Assembly: GCF_030144855.1 (NCBI RefSeq)
Contig: NC_082712.1
Location: 12,276,001 to 12,340,000, forward strand
From: Hypanus sabinus
Taxonomy: Eukaryota
Length of the DNA: 64,000 nt
Reading direction: 5' to 3'
The first letter of the stretch is position 1; every line of letters begins with the position of its first letter. This document shows positions 39,481 through 52,510 of the stretch, one piece after another. The translations under genes were made by a program, and so were the position numbers. The notes below the pieces were generated by a model. That model was given only the letters and a program-made list of their open reading frames with translations, was not told the DNA's origin and searched no databases.

Positions 39481-39910
39481 ATACTCTCCTCTGTGAATTA
39501 CAGAAGTTAGTCACACCAGAGGTCACGTGTTCATGTTACAAGATTGGTTACAATAGTGACAACCAGAAAGAGGAACTTAGATGGTGCCAGAGAATGACTT
39601 CTTTGAGCTTGTCTGCAAAAGAGCTCAAATTCCAGTCTCTTTTTTCACTTTTCAAGGGTGAAGGAGTCCTGTCGGAGTCCATGATCTCCGACTGCACTCA
39701 AACTGCAGTTCTTCACGGCAGTGGGTTCCAGCTCCCAGAGCTTGCTGACTGCCCATTTTTGATATCTCCAGGAGTGGCCTGGAAGACGTGTATCTTTGGG
39801 CTGTGGTCTTGCACAGCTCCTGTGGACTGGGTTTCTTGGCAGTGTCACCAACTGAACCGTTGCAAAAGATTGAAACATTGAGTCGGGGGTGTGGCTGGCG
39901 AAGGCCTTTG

Positions 39911-40041
39911 NNNNNNNNNNNNNNNNNNNNNNNNNNNNNNNNNNNNNNNNNNNNNNNNNNNNNNNNNNNNNNNNNNNNNNNNNNNNNNNNNNNNNNNNNN
40001 NNNNNNNNNNNNNNNNNNNNNNNNNNNNNNNNNNNNNNNNN
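39911..40041. other. Assembly gap (N run)
   Basis: Run of n characters. Confidence 1.
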
Positions 40042-40132
40042 GTTGGGTGAGCTCGAATAAGCATAGTTTCAAATCATGTTGAAACATCGATCTGTTGATC
40101 TCCCCTCTTGCAGTGCTAGATCTCCCCTTGTT

Positions 40133-40167
<35 letters not shown>

Positions 40168-40548
40168 AGCATGTGGTATTGTTGGGTGAACAGTGTTTTT
40201 TGTTGGACTGCAGATCATGGTCTCTTTGGGGATTTGCTATTGTTTTCCTGGTGAGTGATGGAGGATCTGATGATTCCTGCTGTAACAAGTGGGGAGGGGG
40301 AGGGGGGAGGGTTGATGCTTTGCATCTGTTTGAGTGTGGGACTGGGGAGAGGCAGCTTTGAGGTTTTAACATTTTTCATTCATTCTTTGGGGGTTTTCTT
40401 CTGTTTCGTGGATATCTGAGTAGAGTAAGAGTTTCAGGTTGGATATATTCTCTGATACTAACCGGAAACGTTGACAGCATCTTCTGAACCCTGAATTGCA
40501 AAGAAGATCAATAGGTTAACATAATCATTAGAAACACCCCACACACAT

Positions 40549-41089
40549 GTAGACTTTGGTCTGTGGGGAGACTGGACTGACAGGGTTTGGTATGTGGGGA
40601 GATCGGACAGACTGGGTTTGGTCTGAGGAGAGATCGGAAAGACTGGGTTTGGTCTGAGGGTGATTGGACAGACTGGGTTTGGTCTGAGGGGAGATTGGAC
40701 AGACTGGGTTTGGTCTGAGGGGAGATTGGACAGACTGGGTTTGGTCTGAGGGGAGATCGGACGGACTGGGTTTGGTCTGAGGAGAGATCGGACAGACTGG
40801 GTTTGGTCTGAGGGACATCGGACAGACTGGGTTTGGTCTGAGGGACATCAGACAGACTGGGTTTGGTCTGAGGGGAGATCGGACGGACTGGGTTTGGACT
40901 GAGGGGACATCGGACAGACTGGGTTTGGTCTGAGGGGACATCGGACAGACTGGGTTTGGTCTGAGGGTAGACCGGACAGACTGGGTTTGGTCTAAGGGAG
41001 ATCGGACAGACTGGGTTTGGTCTGAGGGTGATCGGACAGACTGGGTTTTGTCTGAGGGAGATTGAACAGACTGGGTTTGGTCTTAGGGA
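40549..41089. repeat. 30-31-bp minisatellite, ~17-18 copies (gactgggtttggtctgaggggagatcggaca)
   Basis: ggtctg recurs at 40681, 40712, 40743, 40774, 40805, 40835, 40865 and onward. Confidence 0.95.
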
Positions 41090-41699
41090 AGATAATGATA
41101 ATGCCTAATTAGTTTCACAGCTGTAAAGACTGAACTTGCCTTTTGGGGATGTGGTAAATGAGGAAGTAGCTGGAAATATCTCCTCTTTCATTGCGGTAGG
41201 AAAAACAACACAGAACTATCAGTGACTTGGGCAGGATTATGTTACAGATTCGCTTTATCTGTCAGATATTCATCGAAATAAAGAGTTTCTTGTGTCACAG
41301 ACAGAGATGTACCACATCGAGCCGAGATGCACCCAGACATGGTGCTGTTTATGGTGTTTGATAACTCTGCTCTTGTACTCACTGAAGTTTAGAAGAATGT
41401 TGGGGGGTGCAGGGAAACTCATTGAAACCTCTGCAATAGATAGAGAGGCTTAGATAGATTGGACATGGAGAGGGTGTTTCTGATTGTGGGGAATTCTTGA
41501 AGATTGAGCTGTAAACAATAACTTTAGTAATAGATTGTAAAATGACAAGCCACGGGGGTGGGGGCACAAAATGAGAGAGTCTGAAACTGAACACAACAGG
41601 CAACAAGGTCAACTTTAGGCAGGGAGAGTGAGGACTGGGAGCAAGTATTTGTGGTCCTCTCATTTGATGAGTGAACAAGGAGTGTGGATGAGAGCTGGG

Positions 41700-43050
41700 T
41701 TGAAATAGGCTGCCAGTGATGACTCTGGAACGATCGGCAGGTGAATCCTATTGGCTGGGTGGAGATGCGAGGTGCCTGAATGTGCAGGCTGGGGTTGTCA
41801 ATATGACTGAGCCTGACACTTTGATCTGCCCAAAACTTGTTGGTCACCCAAAGAAACGAGATGTTCAGTACCTCGATTGGAGGGCTGTCCAGTGGGGAAG
41901 CCCCTTGAACAGCCTCGAGGCCACTTAAATGACAGTGGTGGTATAATTGTTAAAGATTGGTGAACACTAATTAATGACCTGAATATGAAGATTTTGTAGC
42001 TTCCTTGTTTGTATATATTTTTAATACGTATCAGGGATCTCAAAAGTGTTTTGAAAACCACCGAAGATCCGTGCTACGTATGCTAGTTGGTTGCTCACCA
42101 TGACTGGCACTATTTTGTTGCAACTTGATGCACATCAAGGAGCAAACTGGGTCTCAGATGAGCATCTAAAAGAATGGGTTGGAGAAAGGGTGCCATTGTT
42201 TCATATCAGAAGCCTTACGGTAACCAACAGAGAACTCGATACCCATGATGATGGTAAAGGAAGGTTTTTTTATGTCAGAGTGGTATTCCATATTTTCCCC
42301 ATATGGAAATAATTCAACCTACATTTTGAAAAGATGTTCACAATGTTGGATAGTATCATTAGAATACATAGATATCCTTAAGTAACCCACTGATATATGC
42401 TACTGTTATGAATGGTACTGGGAAAGGGAGCAATTTATCAAGATGCCATCAAGAGAGAGACAACTGGTCTTGTCCAGAAGGAATGACAAAGCAGAAGCTT
42501 AAAACCTGTACTTGTGAAAATTATTCATTGTCCATTTTGCCTGTGAATAACTAGGCTTTCTTACAGTATGCATTGGTGGGACAGACATATTGCATAGCAA
42601 CAAGGGCCACAAGTTATACCAAGGGATGGAAACAATGCCCTTTGGAAAGTCACAGTTTCATGAGAGGGAACGTGACTTCAGACCTGGCCATTGGAGGATG
42701 AACTTTGCCTCAGCCAGGGGGAGAACTTCAAGACTCGACGCACAGATACAGATCAATATCTGTGGGACTGTGTTGTTACTGAATTGCCACCAATTCCTCA
42801 CTTGACTGCAGACTGGACACATGTTATGGCAGAGGAAACAGAGATAATCCATCGATGGACTAAACACACTAAAGTAATTAAAACACACGCTGGAGAAGCA
42901 AATGAAATATTGAGTCACCAGGCTTTTGGAGTAAGTTTTGGAATTGGAGGTCAAATGTTCAAATACATCCATGGGTAAGAATAGTATCACATACCGCTAC
43001 AATACTAATTTTATGCCCCCTGAGGTATATCAACTGAGAAGACGCAATAA
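41700..43050 (+). mobile_element. Decayed endogenous-retrovirus envelope (TM subunit) remnant
   Basis: Furin-like PKKR|DV, then a Gly-rich STSIGGLSSG...LNSLE segment, a Cys-rich segment (CHQ..WSCPEG..CTC..YCIAT..CP) and FWSKFWNW...IHPWVRIVSHTATILILC. Many stops and frameshifts. Confidence 0.5.
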
Positions 43051-44189
43051 TGGAAAAAAAATTGAGGATAAGGTTTTCATGAAAAAGCAGAGATGATTGT
43101 AGGTATAAAGTGGGTGAAGTTAGTTAGTAAATGTTAATATTATTTATAGAATGTAAGTGTTACACACCTACAAGGCAGTCCTATGGGCAGTCATCTGAAT
43201 GAGAGGAGGATAATGATCTCAGGATAAATATCTTTGGATGAAGAGGAGGAAGATGTTGGCCAGAAGAATCTACAGTCTACAATTAGTGGATTTGATGAAT
43301 CAAGGTCAGGGGAAGGAGACAGACCAGTTGTCTTTGTTCCCTCACCCCCCATTTTGTGGATTCTGAACTATATTCATGCTCTTGGATAATCTAATCAGAG
43401 TAACTGAAAGTGGACATGAGAAACTTCAGGACCCGAAGGACCTGCTAAACCTGAGCCCATTCTCGGAGGAGGAGCTACTTATTACGTAAAATGCCAGACC
43501 TACCAAATAATCAATCTGTAATCTCGTTAGACTCTGTCTGGGTCGCCGAGTTTAATGGGTTTGGACCAGTCAGAGTTGAAAGACTCAAATACACAAGACT
43601 GGGGTGGGCAGGACCAGGAAACAATGTGGGTTGTTGCCCTGTATAATGAGCAGTAAGAAGGTGACCCAGGTAGGTCAGGTGACCTTGAGTCAAAGGGATG
43701 GAGATCCACCAGTTCAATTGATGAGGAACAGTATAAAATTCAGGAGCTCCAAATACGTAGGAGCCATAACTCTCCCGCAGTCAGAGAACAACCATCAGGG
43801 ATAAGGAGGACATGTGGAGATCGAGACCATGAGGAACACCTAGCCAGTGTGGACTCATTTCCCAGATAATCGCTTTCCTCTTCATTCACTATTCATGGAG
43901 GGTCAGGGATCCCAGTAGGGTGCACATACGTAGTTCGTTGGAGAACCCACATTCTTTTCAGTTGTGAAGTTGCTCATCATTACAAGTGGTGCTTCGTGTA
44001 ATAGTCCACAGAGCAGACCCTGATTCTCCCATCTCACTTCACTTCTTCTTCAGAAAAAGAGAGCGCTATGTGGAAGGGAATTTCTAGGCAGTGCCTAAAG
44101 TAGTTTACATGGTCAGCACAACATTGTGGGCCGAATGGCCTGTAATGCACTGTGGATTTTCTACCTTCCTATGTTTCCAACACACTTTC

Positions 44190-44450
44190 CTCAGGACAAG
44201 CCCAGTCTGTCCAACCACTCATCAGAACAAAGCCAGTCTCTTGAATCTCCCCTCAGAACAAATCCAGTCTCTCTAATCTCCCATAAAAAAAGAAATTGTC
44301 TCTGATCTCACCTCAGAATAAACCCAGACTCTAATCTCCCATCAGAACAGACCCAGTCCGACCAATCTTTCCTCAGAAAAAATACTGTCTGCGATCCACA
44401 CTCAGAACAGACCCAGTCCCTCCAATCTCCCATCAGAACAAATCCAGTAT
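44190..44450. repeat. Degenerate inverted copy of the 31-bp minisatellite, ~8 units
   Basis: Units such as atctcccctcagaacaaatccagtc are the reverse complement of gactgggtttggtctgaggggagat. Confidence 0.75.
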
Positions 44451-44454
44451 TAAA

Positions 44455-45525
44455 TCAATTCCTTCAGCAGTTTGATCGGGGCACGACTGCGCAAGCGCGT
44501 GGACGTCAGCCAGTGAGAACCGTGGGAAGAGTTTAAAAGGAGACAGCTTTACACAGCAGGCACTATAGTAGAGGGAAACAGACGAGGAAGGCTTTGGCTC
44601 AACAGGGCTTCGGCAGTAACGGGTCACGGCCAGGTAGGTTATCTGTGCAGAATACAGACAGGAAGAATGTGTGTGAGGCTGGTGTTCTGTGCTCGGTGTC
44701 AGATGTGGGGAGTATGGGAGTCTCCCAACCTCTTGGACGGCCACATCTGCACCAGGTGTGTCGAGCTGCAGCTTCTTAGTGACTGTGTTAGGGAACTGGA
44801 TCTGCAGCTTGATGACCTTCGCGTGGTCAGGGAGAGCAAGGAGGTGATAGAGAGGAGCTATAGGCAGGTAGTTACACCGGGGCCTCGGGAGTTAGGTAAA
44901 TGGGTAACAGTCAGGAGAGGGAAGGACGAGTCAGATGCCAGGCAGTACCCTTGTGGCTGTCCCCCTTAACAGTAAGTACTCCTGTTTGAGTACTGTTGGG
45001 AGGAACAGCCTACTGGGGGAAACAACAGTGGTTTACGTCTCTGGCACAGAGTCTGGCCCTGTGGCTCAGAAGGGTAGGGAAAGGAAGAGGATGGCAGCAG
45101 TGATTGGGGACTCCATAGTTAGGGGGTCAGATAGGCGATTCTGTGGACGCAGGAAAGAAATGCGGATGGTAGCTTGCCTCGATGGTGCCAGGGTCCAGGA
45201 TGTTTCTGATCGCGTCCACGTTATCCTGAAGTGGGATGGTGAACAGCCAGAGGTTGTGGTACACATTGGTACCAATGACGCTGGTAGGAAAAGGGAGGAG
45301 GTCCTGAAAGCAGACTACAGGGAGTTAGGAAGGAAGTTGAGAAGCAGGACCACATCTCCGGATTACTGCCTGTGCCATGTGACACTGAGCACAGGAATAG
45401 AGTGAGGTGGAGGATAAATGCGTGGCTGAGGGATTGGAGCAGGGGGCAGGGATTCAGATTTCTGGATCATTGGGACCTCTTTTGGGGCAGGTGTGACCTG
45501 TACAAAAAGGTTGGGTTGCATTAAA
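44455..45525 (+). mobile_element. CR1 5' end: 5'UTR and ORF1 (zinc finger + GDSL/SGNH esterase)
   Basis: CARCQMW...HICTRC, VIGDSIVRG, CLDGARV, VHIGTND. Confidence 0.88.
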
Positions 45526-45612
45526 TCTGTTTGGGGAGAGGGTGTTGGGTTTGGTGCTGTCAGCACTGTATTTTTTGAGAGGGAGGGGGTTGGGGTCTTG
45601 GGGCTTTTGATC

Positions 45613-45837
45613 TTCCCTTTCCTGACTGTTACCCATTTACCTAACTCCCGAGGCCCCGGTGTAACTGCCTGCCTATAGCTCCTCTCTATCACCTCCTTGC
45701 TTTCTCTGACCACGCGAAGGTCATCGAGCTGCAGATCCAGTTCCCTAACACAGTCACCAAGAAGCTGCAGCTCGACACACCTGGTGCAGATGTGGCCGTC
45801 CAAGAGGCTGGGAGTCTCCAGGACCTCCCACATCTGG
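45613..45837 (-). repeat. Inverted duplicate of 44701-44925 (CR1 ORF1 piece)
   Basis: Near-identical reverse complement, with only a handful of mismatches over ~225 bp. Confidence 0.92.
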
Positions 45838-46880
45838 TGGGAGTATTGAATCCCATGGTTTTTCTAGTTACCATGGTTATTTGGAGAAGATGAATATCAG
45901 AGTTGTATTCTACATGCAAACTTTAACAATAAAATGAACCTTTGATCCTTTCCCCATAGACGCTGCCCGACCTGCTGAGTTCCTCCAGTATTTTGTGTGT
46001 GTTGCTCTGGATTTCCAGCAACGGCAGATTTTCTCCTGTTTATGACCATGATTGTTCTTGGCAATTTTTCTACAAAAGTGGTTTCCATCACCTTCTTCTG
46101 AGCAGAGTCTGTACAGGACGGGTGAGCCCAGCCATTATCAATACTCTTCAGAGATTGTCTGCCTGGTGTCAGTGGTCGCATAACCAGAATTTGTGATCTG
46201 CACCAGCTGCTCATTCGACCATCCACCACCTGATCCCATGGATTCACATGACCCTGATCAGGGGGCGAAGCAGGGGCTACACCTCGCCCAAGGGTAAAGT
46301 GAAGGCTAGTGGAGGGAAGGAGTGTCTTACACCTCCTTTGGTAAAGACGTATCTTCACCCTGACAACCCTGTTATACATTGCAATACATATTAATTAAAA
46401 ACTGTATATTTCAATAAGAAATTTATACCTACATGTATAATTTTAAATTAAATAAATATCACAATAAGAGGGGTAAAAAGGAAACAAAGTGAGCTGGTCC
46501 TCACTTTTCTGATTGTCCATTCAGAAATCCAACAGCAGAAAGGAAGAAGCTCTTCCTGAAATGTTGAGTGTGTGTCTTCTCTGGGAAGCTTCCTGATCCT
46601 CCGTTAGAACTCCACTCATTCCTCCCAGGCTCAGGCAAGGCCCTGGAGGAACGCTGTTTTGTTTTGCTGTATGCATGTGTGGCTGATTGACAATTAAACT
46701 TGAACTTGAATGTGGCGACGGGTTCTTTTCCGGGTCTGATCTACAGTCAGATCTCACTCGGAGACAGACAGATAAACCTGGGAGTGGGGGTTGATTAGAG
46801 AAAGGATAATGGTAACAGGCTTCACTCGCTCCCCCCAAAACCCACCCCATCCCCTCCAGAACGTGTCTATGGTCTCTTAC

Positions 46881-47251
46881 CTGCAGTCGGATCTCACTCT
46901 GGATCACATGGTTAAATGGGGGTTTGACGTAGGATGAGTAATCATGCTTCCCTTTCCCGAACTCAGCCAGACGCAGGTGGCTGTGACTGTCTCCCTCACT
47001 CAGCTGCTTTATCCTGATCAAGATGTTTCCTCCCTCTGGGTCCCTGATGAGCTTGTACCGAGTCATTCCATTTTCCGCTGCCCACGATCCATTTCCTCAG
47101 TGCCTGAAGGTGACGATGTGTCGGTAGGGATTCTTCCTCATCCATGTCACCGTGTGTGTGGTGAGGTTCTGCCGAGGCCGTGTGAACACACAGGGTAACG
47201 TGGCCGAAGCTCCCTCGGTTCCAGTCATCACAGAGACACTCTCATTGGGAG
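46881..47251 (-). pseudogene. Disabled duplicate of the second V-set exon
   Basis: In-frame TGA at 47099-47097. The F-strand YLC has become HLR (Cys lost). There is a 9-nt deletion in the F-G loop and a 10-nt loss before the donor, making it phase 0 (371 nt). Confidence 0.88.
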
Positions 47252-47329
47252 CTGAGGGAAGGACAGGTGATCTTCCGTGAGTTATATATACACATTCCTT
47301 ATGGACTGTTTGTCCCACTCCCATCCTTT

Positions 47330-47800
47330 CCTGGGTCCCTTTAATCCAGTTCCCACTCCCCTACCAAGTTAGTTTAAACCCTCCCCAACAGCTCTAACGA
47401 ACCTGCCCATGAGAATATTTGTCCCGTTCGGGTTCAGGTGAACTCATCAATTTTATGGAGGTCCTGCCTCCCCCAGAGGAGATCCCAATGACCCCAGAAC
47501 CTCAAGTCCTGCCCCCTGGGCCCGCTTCTCAGCCACACACTAATTTGCCAAAACATCTTGTTTCTACCCTCAGTGGCCATGGCACAGGAAGCAATCCAGA
47601 AATCATTACCCTGGATGTCCTGCTTCTCAGCTTCTACCTCGCTCTCTAAATTCCCTTTTCAGGACAACTTTGCATTTTGTTCCTATGCCATTGGTACCAA
47701 TATGTACCAAGACATCTGGCTGCTCTCCCCCCACCCCCAAAATGTTGCAGACACAATCCGAGATGTCCCTGACCCTGGCACCTGGCAGACAACGTACCAT
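47330..47800 (-). mobile_element. CR1 ORF1 esterase fragment
   Basis: RCLPGARVRDISD...VLVHIGTNG. Confidence 0.8.
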
Positions 47801-47904
47801 TGGATCCCACAACCAAAATATACCTTTCCCTCTCCCCACCCCCCAACTATCCAAAGGGAAAAATCCCTACTTGACTCCATTGTCCATTCATCCATCCCCA
47901 CGAT

Positions 47905-48290
47905 CTCCCTCCTGACACTTATCCTTACAAGCAGAAGCAGTGTTACACCTGTCCCTACACTTCCTCCCTCACTACCATTCAGGGCCCTAAACAGCCCTTC
48001 CAGGTGAGGCAACTGTGAGTCTGTTGGGGTCATATACTGAGTTTGCTGCTCCTGATGTGGCCCCCTATATAACCTGATGTAGACTGGGAGTCCGCTTTGC
48101 CGAGCACCTATGCTCCATCTACCAGAAAAAGCAGGATCTCACAGTGACCACTTACTTTAATTCCACTGTGTCCATCCATGACCTCCTCCACTATTGCAAT
48201 GAGACCACACCTAGATTGGAGGAACAGCACCTTATATTCTGGTTGAGTAGCCCCCAACTTGATGGCATGAACATTGTGCAGTTGCTCCCA
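47905..48290 (+). mobile_element. Penelope GIY-YIG-end fragment
   Basis: Matches 60110-60500 (KQCYTCPY...IQGPKQ.FQVRQ...RLEEQHLI). Confidence 0.75.
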
Positions 48291-48439
48291 CCTACCCCCT
48301 CCTTCACTATTACCCATCCCCTTTTCCCTGCCTCACCTCATCTCCTTGCCCGCCCATTGCCTCCCTTTGATGTTTCAGGTTCTTGGGTCATTGGGATCTC
48401 TTCTGGGGGAGGTATGACCTGTTCAAAAGAGACGGGTTG

Positions 48440-50620
48440 CACAGGAAAGAGGAAGAAGAGGACAGCAGTAGTGATAGGGGACTCATTGGTCAGGTGAACA
48501 GGTAGAACATTCTGTGGATGTGAACGGGATGCCTGAATTGTACGTTGTCTCCCAGGTGCCAGGGTCAGGGACATCTTAGATTGCGTCCGCAACATTTTGG
48601 AGGGGGAGGGAGAGCAGCCGGATGTCTTGGTACATATTGCTACCAATCGCATAGGAACAAAATGTGAAGAGGAGGTCCTGAAAAGAAAACTTAGAGAGCT
48701 AGGATAGAAATCTGGATTTCTGGATTAAATCTGGATATAATTTCTGGATTGCTGTCTGTGCCATGCGCCAGTGAGAGTAGAAACAGAATGTTTTGGCAAA
48801 TTAATGTGTGGCTGAGATGCTGGTGCAGCGGGCTGGACTTGAGCTTCCTGGATCATTGGGATCAGGGGGAGGTATGACCTGCATAAAAGTGATGAGTGCA
48901 CCTGAACCCAAATGGGACCAATATTCTTATGGGTGGGTTTCTTAGAGCTGTTGAGGAGGGTTTAACGTAATCTGGCATTGGGGTGGGAAATGGATTGAAG
49001 TGACTCAGGAAAGGATGGATGGTAAACAAGCAAAGATAGAATTCAGTCAGGCTGTCAGGAAGGACAGGCAGATGATAGGATGTAACTGTAGACCAGCAGA
49101 ATGCGTATTGGTGCATTTGGGATGCAGAAACCAAAATAGTAAATATGATACTCAAAGTGTTATAACTCAATGCACAGAGTGTAAGAAATAAGGTGGATGA
49201 TCATGTTGCGCTATTACAGATTGTCAGGAATGATGTGGTCATCACTGATTCATGGCTGAAGGATGGTTGTAGTTGGGAGCCAAATGACCAAGACTACACA
49301 TTGTATCAGACAGATAGGAAGGTAGGCAGAGGGGATGGTGTGGCTCTGCTGGTAAAGAATGGCATCAAATCAGTAGAAAGATGTGAAATCAGATCAGAAG
49401 AATTTGAATCCTTGTGGGTTGAGTTAAGAAACTGTAAGGGTAAAAGGACCCTGATGGTACTTATATACAAGACTCCCAACAGTAGCTTGGAGGTGGACAA
49501 AGGATTACAATGGGAAATAGAAAGAGTATGTCAAAACAGTAATGTTATGTTTATCATGGGAGATTTCAACTTGTAGGTTGATTGGGAAAATCAGGTAGGT
49601 CATGGATCTCAAGAAAGTGAGTTTGTTGAACACCTGAGAGATTACTTTTTAGATCAGTTTGTCATTGAGCCTAATAGGGGATCAGTTATACTGAACTTGA
49701 TGTTTTGTAATGAACTGGAGGTGATAAGGGCGTTTAAGGTAAAAGAAACCCTTGGAGACAGTAATTACAATATCATTAAGTTCAACTTGACATTTGATAG
49801 GGAGAAAGTAAACTCTGATGTCGCAGTTTTTCAATGGAGTAAAGGAAATTACAGTGGTATGAGAGAGGAGTGGGCCAAAGTAAAGTTAAAGAATTTGCTA
49901 GCAGGAATGACAGCAGAGCAGCAATGGTGTGAGTTCCTGGAAAAATGAGGAAGGAGCAGAATAGATGTCTTCCAAAAATGAAGAAATACTCAAATGGGGA
50001 AATAGTACAACCATGGCTGACAAGGGAAGTCAAAGCTAATATAAAAGCAGAAGAGAGGACATACAACAAAGCAAAGATGAGTGGGAAGGCAGAAGATGGG
50101 GAAGCTTTTAAAACCCTACCAAGATCAACTGAAAGAATATTTAGGAGGGAAAAGATGAAATATGAAAGCAGGCTAGCAAACAATATCAAGGAGGATAGTG
50201 AAAGCTTCTTCAAATATGTAAAAATTAAAAGAGAGATGAGAGTAGATTTAGGACCGCTAGAAAATGAGGCTGGAGAAATAATAACAAGGGATAAGGAGAT
50301 GATTGATGAATCATCAGGCTTCACTGTGAAAGACACTCATAGTGTTCCAGAAGTTGAAGGGTGTGAGGGAAAAGAAGTGGGTGCAGTTACTATTACAAGG
50401 GAGAACTTGCTCAAAAAGCTGAAAGACCGAAGGGTATATTAGTCACCTGGACCAGATGAACTGGACCCTAGGGTTCTGAAAGTGGTAACAGTCGAGATTC
50501 TGGAGGAATTTATAAGGATCTTTCAAATCAATGATTGGACTGGCATGGTGCCAGAGGACTGGGAAATTGCAAATGTCACTACACTCTTTAAGAAAGGAGA
50601 AAGGCAGCAGAAAGGAAACT
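48440..50620 (+). mobile_element. CR1 (ORF1 end, EN, start of RT region)
   Basis: AVVIGDSLVR, VVITDSWL, IMGDFNL, NIKEDSESFFKY. Confidence 0.85.
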
Positions 50621-50629
50621 CCCTATATC

Positions 50630-52510
50630 GACCATCTTGCTGGTGAACGTGCAGTCTCTGGTGAATAAAATTGATTATCTCAGAGTTAGGGTACTGAATC
50701 AGAGGGACATTAGGATCGTGTGTGTCCTTTGTTTCACAGAATCCTGGTTAACTTTTTGCGTACTGGATGCAGTGATCCTGATTGATGGGTTTACTCTACA
50801 GATCTATCCTGACAGTGTAGAGTGTCTCAAAAGCAGAGGTGGAGGAGTATGCCTCATGATGAACTCCTCTTGGTGCACAAATATATCAGTGCTGTCCCAA
50901 TTCTGCTCACCAGACCTGGAATATCTAGTGGTTAAGTGTCGTCCATTTCAGCTACCACAGGAGTTCTCCTGGGTCATTTAGTTAGCAGTATACATTCCAC
51001 CTCAGGCCAGTGTCAATCAGGCTTTAGATGATCTGGGCATGGGATTAACATGCATTAAACAGCACACCCTAATGCCTTCACCATGGTTTTGGGGGATTTT
51101 AACCAGGCCAGTCTAAAAAAAACACTAAACAATAACCATCAACAGATCACTTGCAATACCAGAGGAAACAACACACTGGACCATTGTTACACCACCATCA
51201 AGAATGGTTACAGTGTTATTCCATGCCCTCACTTCAGGAAGTCTGATCACCTGGCTGTACTACGACTCCCTGAGTACAGGCAGAGGCTGAAGACAGCTGC
51301 ACCAGTAGTGAGGACCAAGAAGGTCCTCATTGAAACGTGTGTGAGTGTGTGTGTGTGTGTGTGTGTAGGAGAGTGTAAGAGAGTGTAANNNNNNNNNNNN
51401 NNNNNNNNNNNNNNNNNNNNNNNNNNNNNNNNNNNNNNNNNNNNNNNNNNNNNNNNNNNNNNNNNNNNNNNNNNNNNNNNNNNNNNNNNNNNNNNNNNNN
51501 NNNNNNNNNNNNNNNNNNNNNNNNNNNNNNNNNNNNNNNNNNNNNNNNNNNGACTCGCTATACATTCACAAATCAAAAGCTGTGGATGAACCAGGAGGTA
51601 CATCATTTGCTGAAGGCGACATCTGTGACATTTTGGACTGGCGACCGAGATCTGTACCAAAAAAAAAGTTCTGACTCGCGGAGGGTTATTTTAAGGGCAA
51701 AGAGACAAGTTTGAATGAAGTTGGAGCTGACATTGGATGCACAGCAACTCTGGCAGAGTATGCAAGACATTACTTCCTAAAAAAGCAAAACCCAAACAGC
51801 ATGAATGGCCACGATGCCTCAGTACCAGATGAACTCAACACCTTCTATGCCCACTTTGAAAGGGAGAACACAACTACAGCTGTGATGATTCCTGCTGCAC
51901 CGGATGACCCTGTGACCTCTGACTCTGAGACCAGTGTTAGGCTACCTTTAAAGAGGTTGAACCTTCGCAAGGCGGAAGGTCGGGAGCATTCAAGGACATT
52001 TTCAAACTCTCACTGCTACAGGCAGAAGTTCCCACTTGCTTCAAAAAGGCAACAATTACACCGGTGCCTAAGAAGAATAATGTGAGCTGCCTTAATGACT
52101 ATCGCCCAGTAGCACTCACATCGACAGTGAAGAAATGCTTTGAGAGGTTGGTTATGTCTAGACTGAACTCCTGCCTCAGCAAGGAACTGGACCCACTGCA
52201 ATTTGCCTATCACTACAATAGGTCAACAGCAGATGCAATCACAATGGCTCTTCATACAGCCTTAGACCACTTGGACAATACAAACACCGAATTCAGTTTG
52301 CTGTTCATCGACTACAGCTCAGCATTTAACACCATCATTTCAACACTCCTGATTGAGACGCTGCCGAACCTGGGCCTCTGTACCTCCCTCTGCAATTAGA
52401 TCCTCGACTTTCTAACCAGAAGACCACAATCAGCGTGGGTTTGTGACAACATATCCTCCTCGCTCACATTCACTACTGGTGCACCTCAAGGGTGTGTGCT
52501 TAGCACACTG
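50630..52510 (+). mobile_element. Rex1/Babar-like LINE (EN + RT), spanning a gap
   Basis: [57 protein letters not shown]. Confidence 0.85.
51389..51551. other. Assembly gap (N run)
   Basis: Run of n characters. Confidence 1.

Larger units (their letters stand above)
45526..47270. repeat. Segmental duplication copy 2
   Basis: Colinear with 570-2706; homology stops ~18 nt upstream of the exon acceptor. Confidence 0.9.

Noticed and set aside
40528-40941. 137-aa repetitive ORF (SLRPNPVCP...)
   Set aside because: It is just a translation of the 30-31-bp minisatellite.
40549-41089. Regular ~31-bp repeats as a CRISPR-like array
   Set aside because: The repeats are head-to-tail with no unique spacers, and the context is eukaryotic.
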